From: Octopus bimaculoides
Lineage: Eukaryota
Assembly: GCF_001194135.2 (NCBI RefSeq)
Contig: NC_068982.1
Coordinates: 50,366,742-50,430,741 of the forward strand
Length of the DNA: 64,000 bases
Direction: 5' to 3'
The notes beneath the pieces are model-generated. The model saw only the letters and a program-made list of their open reading frames with translations. It did not search any database and was not told where the DNA came from. Position numbers and translations under genes: made by a program. Positions 38,906-54,358 of this stretch are shown one piece after another. The number at the start of each line of letters is the position of its first letter. Within the stretch, counting starts at the first letter, position 1.

Positions 38906-40261
38906 GCACCTACTATTTTGATTTCAATTATTATGCAAATTTGGGCATTTTATTTGATTTTCTAAAGAACCAATAAATATTTGTTGAGATTTTTTTTTTA
39001 ACACTAATAACTCAATCATGAAGTAAATGAATGTAATTTTTACCTCTCTTTTTTTTTTCTAGAAATTAGATTTGGTAAGATAAGTATTTTAAACACAATT
39101 TAAAAGAAAGTATATGTATGTTGATCAAAGCAAGAACACAATCCTTTTACCAGGACTTTGAATCCATGAACTCTAGAACAAGTATCTAACACTTTAACCA
39201 TTACTTCACATCATCTCATAAAATTCCATCTTTAGAAATGATGCAAATTTATATGTCATCTCCCTCCCAAAAGCTAAGCTGAACAAATTGGTTTTAGTAA
39301 GATGTGATGTAAATGTAATTATTTTTCTTTTTAGTATTAATTGGAAATGGGTAGGATTCTAGCTAGAAGGCTTATAGATTAAAGAAATCTGATTTATCTC
39401 TTCCTTGAAATGCTGCCAGACTTGTGGTAATTGAAACATATACAAGTAATGCATGTTCTGAAAAAAAAAATAGCAAAAATTACCAAAGACAGAAAGAAAA
39501 TCAAAGCAAACATGTAATGTAGAATTAAGGACAAATTTACAATTGTGGTGCTTCAATGAAGTTGAGCATGGCTAGTTGAAAACTTTCAGACATCATATTT
39601 TTTTTTTTAATATTATTTTTTGGAAGAGATAAGAAAAAAGAAGTCAAAATATTGCTTTGAACAAATTCCTAGCTGAAAGGGATTATATAGATTGGGATAC
39701 CAAATATAATGGCTGTACTATGTAGTTAATATTCTTTTCATTGATCTGAGTCAAGATAAGATTATTTCTTCTACAACTGATGCTTCTCAATGAATTTTTT
39801 CATTTTGTTAGCCATTTATTTTCATTTTTTTTCTTCTTCTTAACATTTTTGTTTTTAAATGTAGGTTTGCTATCTTCTCAGTTATTCTATGAAACATTTA
39901 TTTTTGAGACACTTGGGAACCATTATCATTATCTGGATTATTTTGGTGTGGTTTGTACATGCATTCATTTCATTTTGTAAAAGGTTTGACTTAAGTCAAA
40001 AGAGAGATTTGATTTTGTTTCTCTGGATTCTAATCAAATTAATTGGTTTACTAGCTATTACATTCTAAAATCCGTAAATATTATTCTTCAGAAAAATGTT
40101 CATACAAAGAACTGTGATTAGAGAAAGAAATAATGATATTCAATTCTAAGCCTTAAAATTCCTCAGAACATCTTGTAAGTTTTATAAACTATTTTTCTTC
40201 AACACTTGTTTTGTTCTTCTGCAAGGATGGAAAAACTGTTCTGCTCAACAAAAATTCTAGG

Positions 40262-41357
<1,096 letters not shown>

Positions 41358-41949
41358 GCTTAGATACTGATGTCGACATAGATAGCTTCATAAAGTTTTA
41401 GTGCAGCAACAATTTGATATAGAGCTTATTCTGAATGAAATATTCTCCCTGACCATCCATGTTCTCTCTTAGAAGTTTAAAATCTCTCAAGTCACCTCAC
41501 ATTGGAACCATGGAATCATTCTGCCCTTTCAGCTCTAGCTGCAACATTGAAATTCTATTAGGAACCATCACAACAACTACATTTCCATTAATAACAGTCC
41601 TGTACTTAGCATGAAATATTGTCCACATCTTTTTATCATAATTCTGGTATCAATACTTTGTCTCTCTAAGGATAAAACCCTTGAAGCATAGTGTTCTTCA
41701 CAAATCCCTTATAACAAATGTATTGAACATTCAACTAGTTCGGTGTCTCCATGTACTTTACATCTATTCTTTTGTGTCAGGTTGGAAAATTGACCTTTTA
41801 GTTTACCTCCAAAACAAGAATGTTCTTAAAGAATTTAGCTTCCAGACCAGTGAATGCTAAAGCTGATTTTGTTTCCATCAAATAAGCAGCTGTTTATTAT
41901 GTGTGAACCTTGAGAATATTTTTGCTGAAAGTTAAGAAAGGTTGTTTTC

Positions 41950-41998
<49 letters not shown>

Positions 41999-42421
41999 TT
42001 ATTTTAGTGTGTTTTTTTCTCCTGTCCTCCTGCCTTCCTTTTAGCCTTATAAATGCTCAGTTACTGTTTGATAACTTTGCTATTGTCAGATCAGACTGGA
42101 GTCTTCCCTGCTGATTCTTTATTTATCTCCATTTGTGTCCTCAATGCCAGCTGTGGTGAGTTAGGTCTATCAGATGTGTGTGTGTGTGAGTAAATATACA
42201 TATACATACAGAATCAAACTTGTCCCTCAACATTTATGGAAAATGGTAAGGGGATAGGAAATATTTGTCATAACAATATTTGTGATATACTATGTGAACC
42301 ATCTTTGAGATATGTTCCATGGCACTGTGTGAACCCTAAATAAAACTTGCAGTTGATACAATAGCCTAACACTTAGTTTGCTTGTTTAGGCCTGACGATG
42401 TCCTATCATCTTACAGTATTT

Positions 42422-42423
<2 letters not shown>

Positions 42424-42474
<51 letters not shown>

Positions 42475-42496
42475 ACGTGTGTTTGTGTGTATACAA

Positions 42497-42583
<87 letters not shown>

Positions 42584-42670
42584 CACACACATATATATGC
42601 ACATATAAGTATACATATTAATACACTTACACACACACACATATGCACACTTGCATATACACACACACAT
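42424..42670 (+). repeat. Compound (CA)n/(TG)n/(AT)n microsatellite; similar tracts at 8400-8435, 9290-9335, 16560-16680, 22445-22605, 24748-24860, 35925-36027, 63240-63300, 63603-63642
   Basis: Read directly from the sequence. Several such tracts border assembly gaps. Confidence 0.95.
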
Positions 42671-44039
42671 TTTTCTCCTGTTTTTTATTTATCAATTTCT
42701 GTTACTTTCTATTTATATTTCATATCTATTTCCAATCACTGGAAACCTTCTCCATCACCATCTTTTGCTAAGAAAGTCTTAGAAGTTAAGTATATAGATA
42801 CCCTCACCCCAACCTGTTATGTGTGTATGCATCCCATGTACTGTTTATGCTTATCTTTTGTGTGTAGAAATGAATTTTGTGAAAGTATTTGAGAATCATA
42901 AAAATTGTGTAATTGAAATTAAGTTTAATTCTGTGTGCAAATATATTTATATAATATATAGAATACAAAACTGATCAACTAATTTGCAAAAAAAAAAAAG
43001 AAAAACTGATCTGAAAAAAAGATAGACACAAATTAATTTACTACACTAAATTGTATTTGACCGTGAATATTAAATTCTCAAATGCAACCATTCAAAAATA
43101 TTAATAAATATCAACAGAATATGAAGAGTGAATTAAGTAGTAATATTTTCAACATAAAATTATATTACATATTACTAACTACCATACCTGGTCTTACCTG
43201 AGTTTATTGATATTTGATACAAATATAATCTCATGAAATATATTTTGGATAAATTGCTTTAAAGAATTGACACATCCACACCTTCCAAAAGATGGTTCAA
43301 GTTGTCATGTTTCTTCATACTTATCCATTTTGTTATTGCAAAATATGTAGAAATTATGAAATTATGCCCATAAAAGATTATACACCTGTTGGAATTTTAA
43401 AAAGATCCACTTCTTGAAGCCTTTGTTACTATATTTCTTTTGAAACGTACTTCTTTTACGTCAACAAATTTTGAAATTATTGAAGAATTTAGTGAAATAA
43501 CTTAATTGTTATTAAGCTGGTACTTGGAATATAGGTTAACTTGGAATTTTGATCTTCATCTTTTACTTATTTCAGTCATTAGACTGAGGTCATACTGGAG
43601 CAATGCCTTCAAGAATTTTGGTCACAAATTGAACCCAGTACTTTTTTTCCTTTTAAGCTTGATACTTATTCTATTGGTCTCTTTTGATACACTAAGCTAC
43701 AGGGATGTAAACATACTAACACTGATTGTCAGACAATGATGGGACACACACATACAAGTTTCTTTCAGTTTCTGTCTACCAAAGTTACTCACAAGGCTTT
43801 GATCAGATCAAGACTGTAGTAGAAGACACTTGCCCAAAGTGCCATGCAGTAGGAATGAACCCAGAACCATATTGTTTAGAAGTAAACTTCTTACCACGTA
43901 GCTGCAAATTATATATCATAGAACTGGGAGTGATTTTGGGTAGGTTGGTATCAAAGGAGTTAATGTGCTGTATTCTGTAATTTCTACTGTAGTTCGCAGT
44001 ACCTGACAGAAATATGCAATATCCTCTATTCACTCTCTC

Positions 44040-44340
44040 GGAATTGACTATAAAGGAATGGTATCTCACCTCTTGAATGAACTCTTCTTGTGAGGAGATT
44101 ATGGTGGTCTGCTTGCATGTTGCAGCACCTCCATAGTGAACTCATTCAGAAGGCAATAGCACCATATCCTCCCCTGAGCTTGCATAAGTGGAGAGGTGGT
44201 CAGTTGAAGATGTGGCTTACAACAGTCAAAGCAGATGTGGAATTCGTTTCTGGCCCTTGAGTCTTTAGTGTTTGTTGCTGTGGGTGTGGGTTATCATATT
44301 ATAATTCTGCTTGTTACTCAGTAAGTCATGTGTGTTATGC
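44040..44340 (+). mobile_element. RTE LINE 3' remnant
   Basis: RLWW...SELIQKAIAPYPP...KWRGGQLKMWLTTVKADVEF, resembling the RTE C-terminal RGGQxKTW region. Confidence 0.6.
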
Positions 44341-46478
44341 TCTGTAGGACAAGTATCACTAAAAATTGGTATTATTATTAAGGCAGCAACTGGTAGAATC
44401 ATTACCATACCTGACAAAATGCCTAACAGGATTTATTCTGTCTTTACATTCTGAATTCAAATTCCACTGAAGTTGACTTTCCCTTTTATCATTTTAGGGT
44501 CAATATAGTCGACTTTCCACCTCCCCTAAAATTTCAGAACTTGTGCCTCTAGTAGAAGGAATTATCACGACGGTGAGCTGGCAGAATTGTTAGAACACTG
44601 GACAAAATTTTTTGCAGCATTTCTTCCAGTTTTATGTTCCGAGTTCAAATTCCACTGAAGTTGACTTTCCCTTTTATCCTTTTGATGGTTGATCAAATAA
44701 GTACCAGCTGGAGCTTTAGCCCCCTGCCCAACATATCAGGCCTATAGTAGAAAAGGATCATTATTATTATTGTTATTATCATTACTACTAGCAGAAATCT
44801 CACCCTCCAGGCAGTTTTCTGCTGGTTGTTATGATTTCAAAGAATTATTTCTCTGTATAGTTTTTATGCAAATTACTACATTTAGTAACCTCTACGAAAG
44901 ACTTGACTTAATTTTAGAAAATGTGATATTGTCAAAGGAAATTTAGATTCAAAGTAATTTGATCAAACTATAAAAGGTAAGTCTGAAAGATTAGAGAAGG
45001 TTATTTTAACCAATGATGAAGTTTCAATCCTTATCAATCTTATTGCTTTTAAAATTCTTACTGTTTTGGAAAGTTCGGAGTATGTATGTGTATATGTTGG
45101 TATTTTCAAGACAGAAAAGTGATTTTTTAAAAATAATTATATGTATATTCTGAATGAATATGTAAAGTGTATAAGTTTTATCTATGATAATATATTGGCA
45201 AAAGTGACAGAATGCAATCAACTGCACAATTGAAACAAAAATCCAAATAGACATGTATGGGAGATAGGTGCATGCAGCTTATAGACCTCATGCATCAATA
45301 TACTACTTGAAGAGTGCTTATCTACAATTAGCTAGCAAATTGTTTGGTGAGCTGGTGGAAAATGAAATGCATTAATAAATAGAAGATTGCTGAAAATAGA
45401 CACTTTGTCTGAGAATTGGGGGGGAAAAATGAAAAATAAATTGTTTTTCAGAGTGATGAAAATCAGATGGTGAAGTTGCTATAGTGACAAGTTATTTATT
45501 CATTTATTTACTGAATTGTTGATCTCTCTCTCTCTCTCTTTCTCTCTCTCGTTTCCCCTTCTCTGTTTCACACTTATATTCATTTTAAAATCATTTTCAT
45601 GTTTTTCCTTTTTTTCACCTATTCATTTCTATTCATGTGTCTAAGTGCTGTATCAAGTTTGGTTTGGCAGATTTCAGATTTTAAAAGTAAGCCTTACAAA
45701 ATCTGCTTAGTAATATAAGAATGATTTATATATTATATAATTTTATATATATATATACACACATATATATATATATATTATTTTATATTGATGTATGTAT
45801 ATATACACACACATATACAATATAGATAGATAGATAGTTTTATTACTTCCTCTATTTTTCTAATCTATTGTATGAATTTTGTCATTGAATTTTATAGCAT
45901 TTTATTTTCTCTATGTTAAAAGTTACATTATATTTTATGGAGAAATAATTTTATACAGGTGTTATTTGTTGTGGAGAAAATTACACTTTCAGAAAGATGT
46001 TTTCTAAAATAGTACTTTTTTTTTTATTTACGTATATTTATTTATAATAAATGAATAACTTTATATAGGTACAGCCATTGTTGTATGGCTTAGAAAATTT
46101 GCTTCACAACCGCATGAATCAGAGTTCAATTCCTCTATGATGCATCTTAGATGTCAGAAACTAAACCTTAAACTATGTGGTTGGGAAGCACACACATATA
46201 AGTGTGGAAACAAAATTTGCTTAAAGGATGCAAACCCAGGCCCAAAATTCTTTACAAACATGGTCAATTTTTTCAATCTTAATATAAAACAAACACTGTT
46301 ATAATAATTGTTATTATTATTATTATGTTCTGAGTTCAAATTCTACCAAAGTTGACTTTGCCTCTTTTATCCTTTTGGGGTCTATAAATTAAGTACCAGT
46401 GAAACACCGAGGTCGATGTAATCAACTAGTCCCCTCCACCAAAATTTCAGGCCCTATGCCCACAGTAGAAAGGATCAC

Positions 46479-46535
<57 letters not shown>

Positions 46536-47237
46536 ATTTGCACATCAATCGAATCAGATAAATCCAATAATGGAAAAGAAGTGTCTTAAATCAGTCTAAA
46601 AATGTTTATGTTCATTCATTTTGGCATAAAAGATTTTCAGGAGGATGTTCAAAATGTTTTTATTGCTTTGGTTTGCCATTTGCTATTGTAGAAGACAAGG
46701 CACCATTCACTGAAACTGAACAGGAAACCACATGGTTGCAAAACAAGTTTCTTAACTACACAGCCATGCCTGCAGAAAAGTAAGATAAATAGTGGCATTG
46801 CTATGATTGATTAAAACCTTTATTGGCGGTGCTTCTTCCTTATTGCTGTCTAATAACTTTAAACTGGTAAAAGATCACACATACATACGTAAACATGTTC
46901 TTTTCCTGGCTTTAGTCATTTGACTATAAATATACAAGGGAACATTCAATCATATCAACTCCAGTTGATTTGATACTTATTTTGGTACTTATTTTATGAA
47001 TCTCAGAGAGAGATGAAAGGCAAAGTCAACAGTGCCAGCAAGAATTGAATGTGTTTCAACACTAATAGTACACACTGTAAAAAAAAAAAGAAATAAAAAA
47101 AAGATTTATTTTCAAAATTTTTAATTTTACCAAAGCAGTGAGGAAGACTATTAATTAGAGCACTACTTTTCTTAGGGATGAGGATTGAAAAGTGGGTAGA
47201 CAAATTGCCATGACAAATGAAATTAAGACCTTTGTAA

Positions 47238-47425
47238 CTCTTTAGCATTCAAATTCTGTCAAATGTAATGCTTATTTATTCACATTGTTTTTGAATTAAT
47301 CATGCATTGTGCATTATCTTGTAGCTTTGAGATTCCAATGGTTTGATTCTTTATTTTTAGAATGACATCATAGGGTAGGTGTGAGAATATTTGGGCCAAA
47401 TATGACCAGTTTAAATGCTAAAGGG
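47238..47425. mobile_element. piggyBac-type MITE
   Basis: (G)TAA|CTCTTTAGCATT ... AATGCTAAAGGG|TTAA. Related copies at 11940-12129, 32660-32879 and 37330-37946. Confidence 0.7.
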
Positions 47426-50400
47426 TTAAACTTGTCCAGCACCATTGTGGAGAAACTTATAGGGATTTAGATTCTATTTTGTATTCTCCTTAACTGGAGC
47501 TGGGGAGGCAAAAATGCATTACCGTTGGGTGGTAGGGGACTTGGTATTTGGCAGTTTGAAAACTGCTGAATTAGGGGGTATTTTATTTAAATAAATGAAT
47601 TAGCATTGAAAAAAATGTCAACAAAATTTAAATTAAAACAAGAAACCATACCATATCATACATTGCACAAATTTTAAATTGAAATATGAATATTCATAAT
47701 TAAAGGAGATTTAAAATACATAAAGAATATACGAGTAACTGCGTGTAAATAAACAGATAAAAAAAAATATCAAGAAAATACATTTCCATCACATATTAAT
47801 ATAATTAATGTAAAAATATTTCTCTAATGAGAAAATAAAATATTTCAATTAGTTAGTTAATGTACCGAAAAAAAAAAAAAAATATATATATATACATATA
47901 TATATAAAAACCCAGAAAATTTAAGATCAACTCTGCTATTTTTATTCTTTTATTTATTATGTTTACTGGGTTAGTTATAGGACTGTAGTATGCTTAGAGT
48001 TGATTATTTAAGTTAATTATGTTAATATTTTTCAGACATAACTGTTGCTATGACAAATTTTAAAATATATATCTATCAATTGTATTAATAAAACCTAAAA
48101 GTAATTGTGGAAATTCCACAGTTGTTTTGAATACTGTAAGATGGAATAATATATTTTTCTGGAACCTTTGATTCTTGAGCTGGTGTAAAAAGTCCACATT
48201 AGTAGTATCTAAAAGCTATGTTCTTACATCTACTTTGTGACTTGTTTATTATTTTTCACTTTATATCATCAAGAAGTAAGCAATCTTAACTATGGAATAA
48301 AATCAAAAACATTATCCATATTATTATTATTCTGCAATTGTACGATGGTAAAGCTTTAGCAAATTTTGTGTGGTTATTTGGAAAAAAAAACTATATGTTC
48401 TATCTGCCTGTATTTCTATCACTACCTAAATGCCTATCTATATTATCTACCTAGCTTGCCCATCCATTCATCTATCTTCTATCCATCAATGTATCTATCT
48501 TTGTGGATAGATAGATACTTTGACAGTAAAATGATAAAGAAACATCTTGCAATAAAACTTAGAACAACAACGAAATTTTTATTGCCTGTCACACTATCCT
48601 ATTATACTACATTTAAAAATCATGTGACTGCTTTGCATTCCTTTTAATACATAGTGCTCATTTTTAACTATTCTTTCCCACCTTTTAACTATTTCTTTCC
48701 CTCTCTTTTTCGTTAACTATTTAACCATATAACATGATAACGATCCCTTTCTCTTAACTTTCACCACTAACACTCTTCTCTCTTTCTGCCTCTTGCTTCA
48801 ACTAACCACATCACATTTGGCCACAGCATATTTATATATAGATAATTATTAATTCAATATAAGAAGACAGCTGTACCTTAACAGTAATATAACCAGTCAG
48901 ATTGTTTGAGTGTAGAGACAAGGAACTAGAGGTCACATGGTGCTAAATAAATATGTAGAGAAATGGACATTTCTTCGTATTGAAGCAGATTTGGTAGGCA
49001 GAAACTTAAAGAAGCTGGTCATGTGTGTTTGTGTCTGTGTTTTCCCTTATCATTGCTTGACAACCAGTGTTGGTATGTTTATGACCCCCATAACTTAGCA
49101 GTTCAGCAAAAGCGATCAATACATTAAGCACCAGGTCTAGAAAAAATAAGTACTAGAGTTGATTCATTTGAGTAAAATCCCTCAAGGCACTACCCCAGCA
49201 TGGCTACAGTCTAATGACTGAAACAATTAAAAGATAAAATATATATCTCACAGCAGAAGACATTCAAAAACCCTTAAATCAACAACAGTGGTTAGATTTT
49301 CGCATCAAAGGACAATAATAAGGAATTAAGTAATATAAGAAAGATTATACAGATTTATAGAGCTCAGATCATAAAATCATCATCATCATTTTATATTAGC
49401 TTTCCATGCTGGCATGGGTTGGACAGGTTAGCACAGTTCAAGTTAGTTCCCATTTGCAAACTATTGCTTCCAATGACTAGATGCTCACATGTCATCTAGA
49501 ATTTTTCATGCAAATCTCTGGAAGATGTACTCTTTTCTGATCCAAACAGTTTCATTCGGCTTTCATTTATTTTGTTATTTAGAATTTAAAAGATTATACA
49601 ATTGTGCAACTTCCTATCACTTTCTTTTTCATTTTTATAAGATTTACTTTTGTTTCACTCTGCCACAACCACCATTAATTATCATAGGTCTCTCATGAGC
49701 TCTAGGACTCATAAGGCCAAGATCTTAAACTGTTTTTTTTTGTCATATAAGTGGCTGAGATTACAACATTCCCCTCTGGTTGGGATACCAATGCACCACA
49801 AAGTCGATATCCCCATCATTGCTGGAATTCATTTACAGCTAAGTAGACTGGTGCAATGTGAAATGAAGTGTTTTCTTCAAGAGCACAACACACTACCCAA
49901 TCCAGGGATTGAAACCATGAGCTAACAATTGTGAATGCAACACCCTAATCACTAGGCTATGTTCCTTCACATCATTATCATAACTATAACATATTTTTCA
50001 TGCTGGCTTATATAGTGTGAGCCCAACACACCATATATGTCACTCACGTATGTGTCATTCCCCTGTCACTTCATTTGTGGTCCTGGACACCTTCAGACCT
50101 GTCCTCACTATTTTTCCATGTTGCTTCAGTGACATTTCTCTGCTATAGCTTCATTTTATTTTCATCATGTCTCTTTTTTACCTCATGCATTTCTTGTCCA
50201 TTTGCATCAGGAACAGTCATCTTTTTTTGTCTTCAGGCATACAACTTTTCTATTTAAACAGAATTAGTTATTAGAATCTATACTTAAATGTGTACTTTGT
50301 CACTGTACATTAGAGATTTTTTTTTTACAGGATTCCAAAAGTACAGTATAAGAAGGATATTTATCATATACCAAGTTGTTGTTTTTTACATGAGTAAAAT

Positions 50401-50879
50401 AATATTTGATGGAACTAGCACAACAAATTACTGTTTGTACTATAAACTGGAATCCAATAATTTGGTAGGAATATATATATACACACATATGAAATGTGTG
50501 TGCTATGTTTATATGTATATGTGTGTATACCATGACACATCGCTATACATGCAGCCACACACATATACGCTTCTTCACAAATACATGCACACACCTATAC
50601 AAATACTTAGGTATATCTGGTTTCCATCTGTTTTCAACCTTGTGTGTGTTCTGCACCTATATTTTTCTAATCAAAAATATTTTCTTGTGAAGCAGTGTCC
50701 CAAATTATGTTGAGGAAATCAAATTAATGATACCAGCATGGGTTTGGTGATTTTGTTTTGCTAGTATCGTTCACATCTTAAATAGAAGATTATTTCATTT
50801 TTTTCTTTCTTCTGCTTATCTATTTATCTTTGGTTTTCTCTCCAGTATAATATTTCCTTTCATTCTTCTTCCTATCTAG

Positions 50880-51100
50880 GTGTGGTTGGCACTCATCGAT
50901 TTTGTAGTTCCCGTGATATGGGCGAACAATGTCAAGACATTTGGTATGCCGATCATGAGCGTATGTACAGATCCTGCGTATTCACTTGTTCTGGTGACGC
51001 CTGTAATGCCACAGAAAGACTTTCAACAAAATGGTACCATATATCTGCAGGAATGATTTTGAGTCTTGCCTGTATTCTTTTCACTTCAAATTTACATTAG
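50880..51100 (+). CDS. Ly6/uPAR protein, last coding exon: C-half of the LU domain plus GPI-signal-like tail
   Basis: Pyrimidine tract + CTAG acceptor (AG 50878-79). Phase 1 joins G|GT=Gly in frame with the previous exon: GVVGTHRFCSSRDMGEQCQDIWYADHERMYRSCVFTCSGDACNATERLSTKWYHISAGMILSLACILFTSNLH*. The two exons give 10 domain Cys ending in C-x4-CN, then a hydrophobic tail. The RFCSSxDxG and YRSCVFTC motifs resemble arthropod U-scoloptoxin(05)-like proteins as I recall them. Confidence 0.93.
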
Positions 51101-51271
51101 TGTCTGTGAACATTTTTTCTTTTTTTTATAACAGTGCATATTTGAACTCTTCTATTGATTTCATATTACCATAAATGAAGAGGTAAAAATGTATTTTAGT
51201 ATATCAATTTCCGATATACTATTGTCTCTTTTTGTAAATGTAAAGATAAAGTGTGAGCATATAATAACATC

Positions 51272-51277
51272 AATAAA
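51272..51277 (+). terminator. Candidate polyadenylation signal of the Ly6 gene
   Basis: First AATAAA about 170 nt after the stop codon, followed by U/GU-rich sequence. Common motif in AT-rich DNA. Confidence 0.35.
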
Positions 51278-51602
51278 TGATTTAGAGACACCTATGTAAT
51301 GCAAAAAGCATTAAGAGAGATTTCATATATATATATTTTGTATAGTTTGTTATATATGTCTTCTTTTTCTTTAACAATACATATGTTTTATACTTTGCTT
51401 TCTTCATTAGAATCATTTCAGAGAAGCAGTTCATATCAAATATTAAATGATAATTAATCAAGTCAATTTGTAGACTGTTTTGCTACTTTCAAAGATGGTA
51501 GTGAAACCTTCCAAAATACTTCATAGTTTCTATGTTAATACATGAGCAAGACTGAATATTGTGTGTGTGTGTATGAGACATAATAATTCCAATGATCTGG
51601 AT

Positions 51603-52125
51603 CAGTGTTTCCCAAACCTTCTCTCGGGAACCCTTGAAATACATTCTTTATCTGAGGGAACCCCTACATATGATTAGTATTAATCTTTATTAATGTTTTT
51701 TTTTTCCTCTTTCATAAAGTAAAATTTCATAGGAGATTAAGCAAATTATAAAACTGTTTTTGATAGATTTTGCACTGTGAAACCTACCAGTTGTCACAAA
51801 AATATTAGAAATTCCATTTTAATCAAATGCTTGGTTAGAATCCCTTAAAAATTCCTTATTATGAGGTTATTTTCCTCATCAAGTTACCTTACACCTCACA
51901 GCTGCCAGAATTTTCCTGTTTTAGGGAATAATCTTATATGTCCATATAATAATACTACAAACAAGAAGTAAAATTAAATGTAAAAATGATTCAGAAATAT
52001 ATTTGATTACTATTAGCCATTTATTATCACCATTTCTGATGGAACCCCAAGAAACTTCTCACAGAACCCCTAGTATTCTCTCATGGAACCCTAAGGCTCC
52101 TAAGTACCCTAGTTGGGAAACAATG
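51603..52125. mobile_element. Non-autonomous hAT (Charlie-like) element
   Basis: CAGTGTTTCCCAA ... TTGGGAAACAATG with repeated GGAACCCC subterminal motifs. 8-bp TSD degenerate. Confidence 0.65.
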
Positions 52126-52645
52126 ATTTTAATCAATGAATAATGCTCTATTACATCTGTCTATGAATCAAGGACTTCCATTTTTGCTAAACCTTTGTAA
52201 ATTACATCAACACATGTTATGTATGCTTGTGTTTGCATTTTGAATATTAAAATGTTATAATGTAGGAAATCGTATACTATGACTATTTTTTATAGAGTGA
52301 GATATGTGGCCAACAAAACAAATATATTAATGCATTCACATATTTGCCTTAATATTGCACCAAAATATGGTGTTAGTTGAATGTTCTTTTTCTCAAGTTG
52401 TTTATATCCCATTTTTTATTATCATTACAATTATCAATACTCTGATTGTGGATAAAAATTGTCTTGGAAAGTTTGTGTAAATCTTCATTGTATTTCTTTG
52501 ATTGATCTTAAGTCTTAGGGTTTTATAGAACTTGAGCATTTCTTTTGCATAATTTTTGTTAATTTTCTTGCAAGTTCTATGACATTTTTCTTCACATGTA
52601 CTCAACCCTCTCTCTTCCTCTCTCTCCACACACACACACATATAT

Positions 52646-52684
<39 letters not shown>

Positions 52685-54024
52685 NNNNNNNNNNNNNNNN
52701 NNNNNNNNNNNNNNNNNNNNNNNNNNNNNNNNNNNNNNNNNNNNNNNNNNNNNNNNNNNNNNNNNNNNNNNNNNNNNNNNNNNNNNNNNNNNNNNNNNNN
52801 NNNNNNNNNNNNNNNNNNNNNNNNNNNNNNNNNNNNNNNNNNNNNNNNNNNNNNNNNNNNNNNNNNNNNNNNNNNNNNNNNNNNNNNNNNNNNNNNNNNN
52901 NNNNNNNNNNNNNNNNNNNNNNNNNNNNNNNNNNNNNNNNNNNNNNNNNNNNNNNNNNNNNNNNNNNNNNNNNNNNNNNNNNNNNNNNNNNNNNNNNNNN
53001 NNNNNNNNNNNNNNNNNNNNNNNNNNNNNNNNNNNNNNNNNNNNNNNNNNNNNNNNNNNNNNNNNNNNNNNNNNNNNNNNNNNNNNNNNNNNNNNNNNNN
53101 NNNNNNNNNNNNNNNNNNNNNNNNNNNNNNNNNNNNNNNNNNNNNNNNNNNNNNNNNNNNNNNNNNNNNNNNNNNNNNNNNNNNNNNNNNNNNNNNNNNN
53201 NNNNNNNNNNNNNNNNNNNNNNNNNNNNNNNNNNNNNNNNNNNNNNNNNNNNNNNNNNNNNNNNNNNNNNNNNNNNNNNNNNNNNNNNNNNNNNNNNNNN
53301 NNNNNNNNNNNNNNNNNNNNNNNNNNNNNNNNNNNNNNNNNNNNNNNNNNNNNNNNNNNNNNNNNNNNNNNNNNNNNNNNNNNNNNNNNNNNNNNNNNNN
53401 NNNNNNNNNNNNNNNNNNNNNNNNNNNNNNNNNNNNNNNNNNNNNNNNNNNNNNNNNNNNNNNNNNNNNNNNNNNNNNNNNNNNNNNNNNNNNNNNNNNN
53501 NNNNNNNNNNNNNNNNNNNNNNNNNNNAATATTTTCTACAAAGTTTTGTACCAAGCCATGGGTTTGGGTTTCAGTAGTCCTCCCCTGAAGCTTTGGTTTA
53601 TTGTGCTTCTAATTTTTTTTTATGTCATTACAAAATTAATGATTTGGTTAGGGTTTTAAACAATCATCTTACCCAATTAAAATCTGAATTTGTTTTGTCA
53701 TTACATCTCTTCAAACAATGAAAGAAATAAACATTGTAGTGCCACATCAGACAAAATTTTTAGCGGCATTTCTTCCAGCATTATATTCTGTGTTCAAATA
53801 TCATCGGGGTCAACTTTGCTTTTCATTTATTTGGGATTGATAAAATAAGTACCAGGGGTCGATATAATTGACTAACTACACTCCCCAAAAATGCTTATTT
53901 TGTGCCAAAATTTGAGACTAATATCACTATTTTGATAAATGTCTGTGGTTAGAAATATGTGATTTATAAATGCAGCACTATTGTTACTTGCAACTCTATT
54001 AATATTTTTGATAGTGATAGGGTA

Positions 54025-54358
54025 GATGGGTAAAGACCCACTTCAGTCATGAATGACTATGAGATTGCACCTACAAAATAACCCACCTATGCACAAGTCT
54101 GGGCATGGTTGTTTATGGAAGGCTAGCAGTTGCCTATGCTTACCAGCTTCCCCTCTCCATACCACCAATGTTATCCAAGGGAAAGCCTGATACAGCTTGA
54201 TGCTAGTGATGTACTTCATTTCTACAGCTGAGTGAACTGAAGCAACATGAACTAAAGTGTCTTGCTCAAGAACACAACACACACCCTGGTCCAGGAATCG
54301 AACTCATTAATTCATGATTGTGAGCCCGACACTCTAACCACTGAACCATGCACCTTGA
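54025..54358 (-). mobile_element. Older tRNA-derived SINE (family B2)
   Basis: Reverse-complement homolog of 13719-14052. Confidence 0.75.
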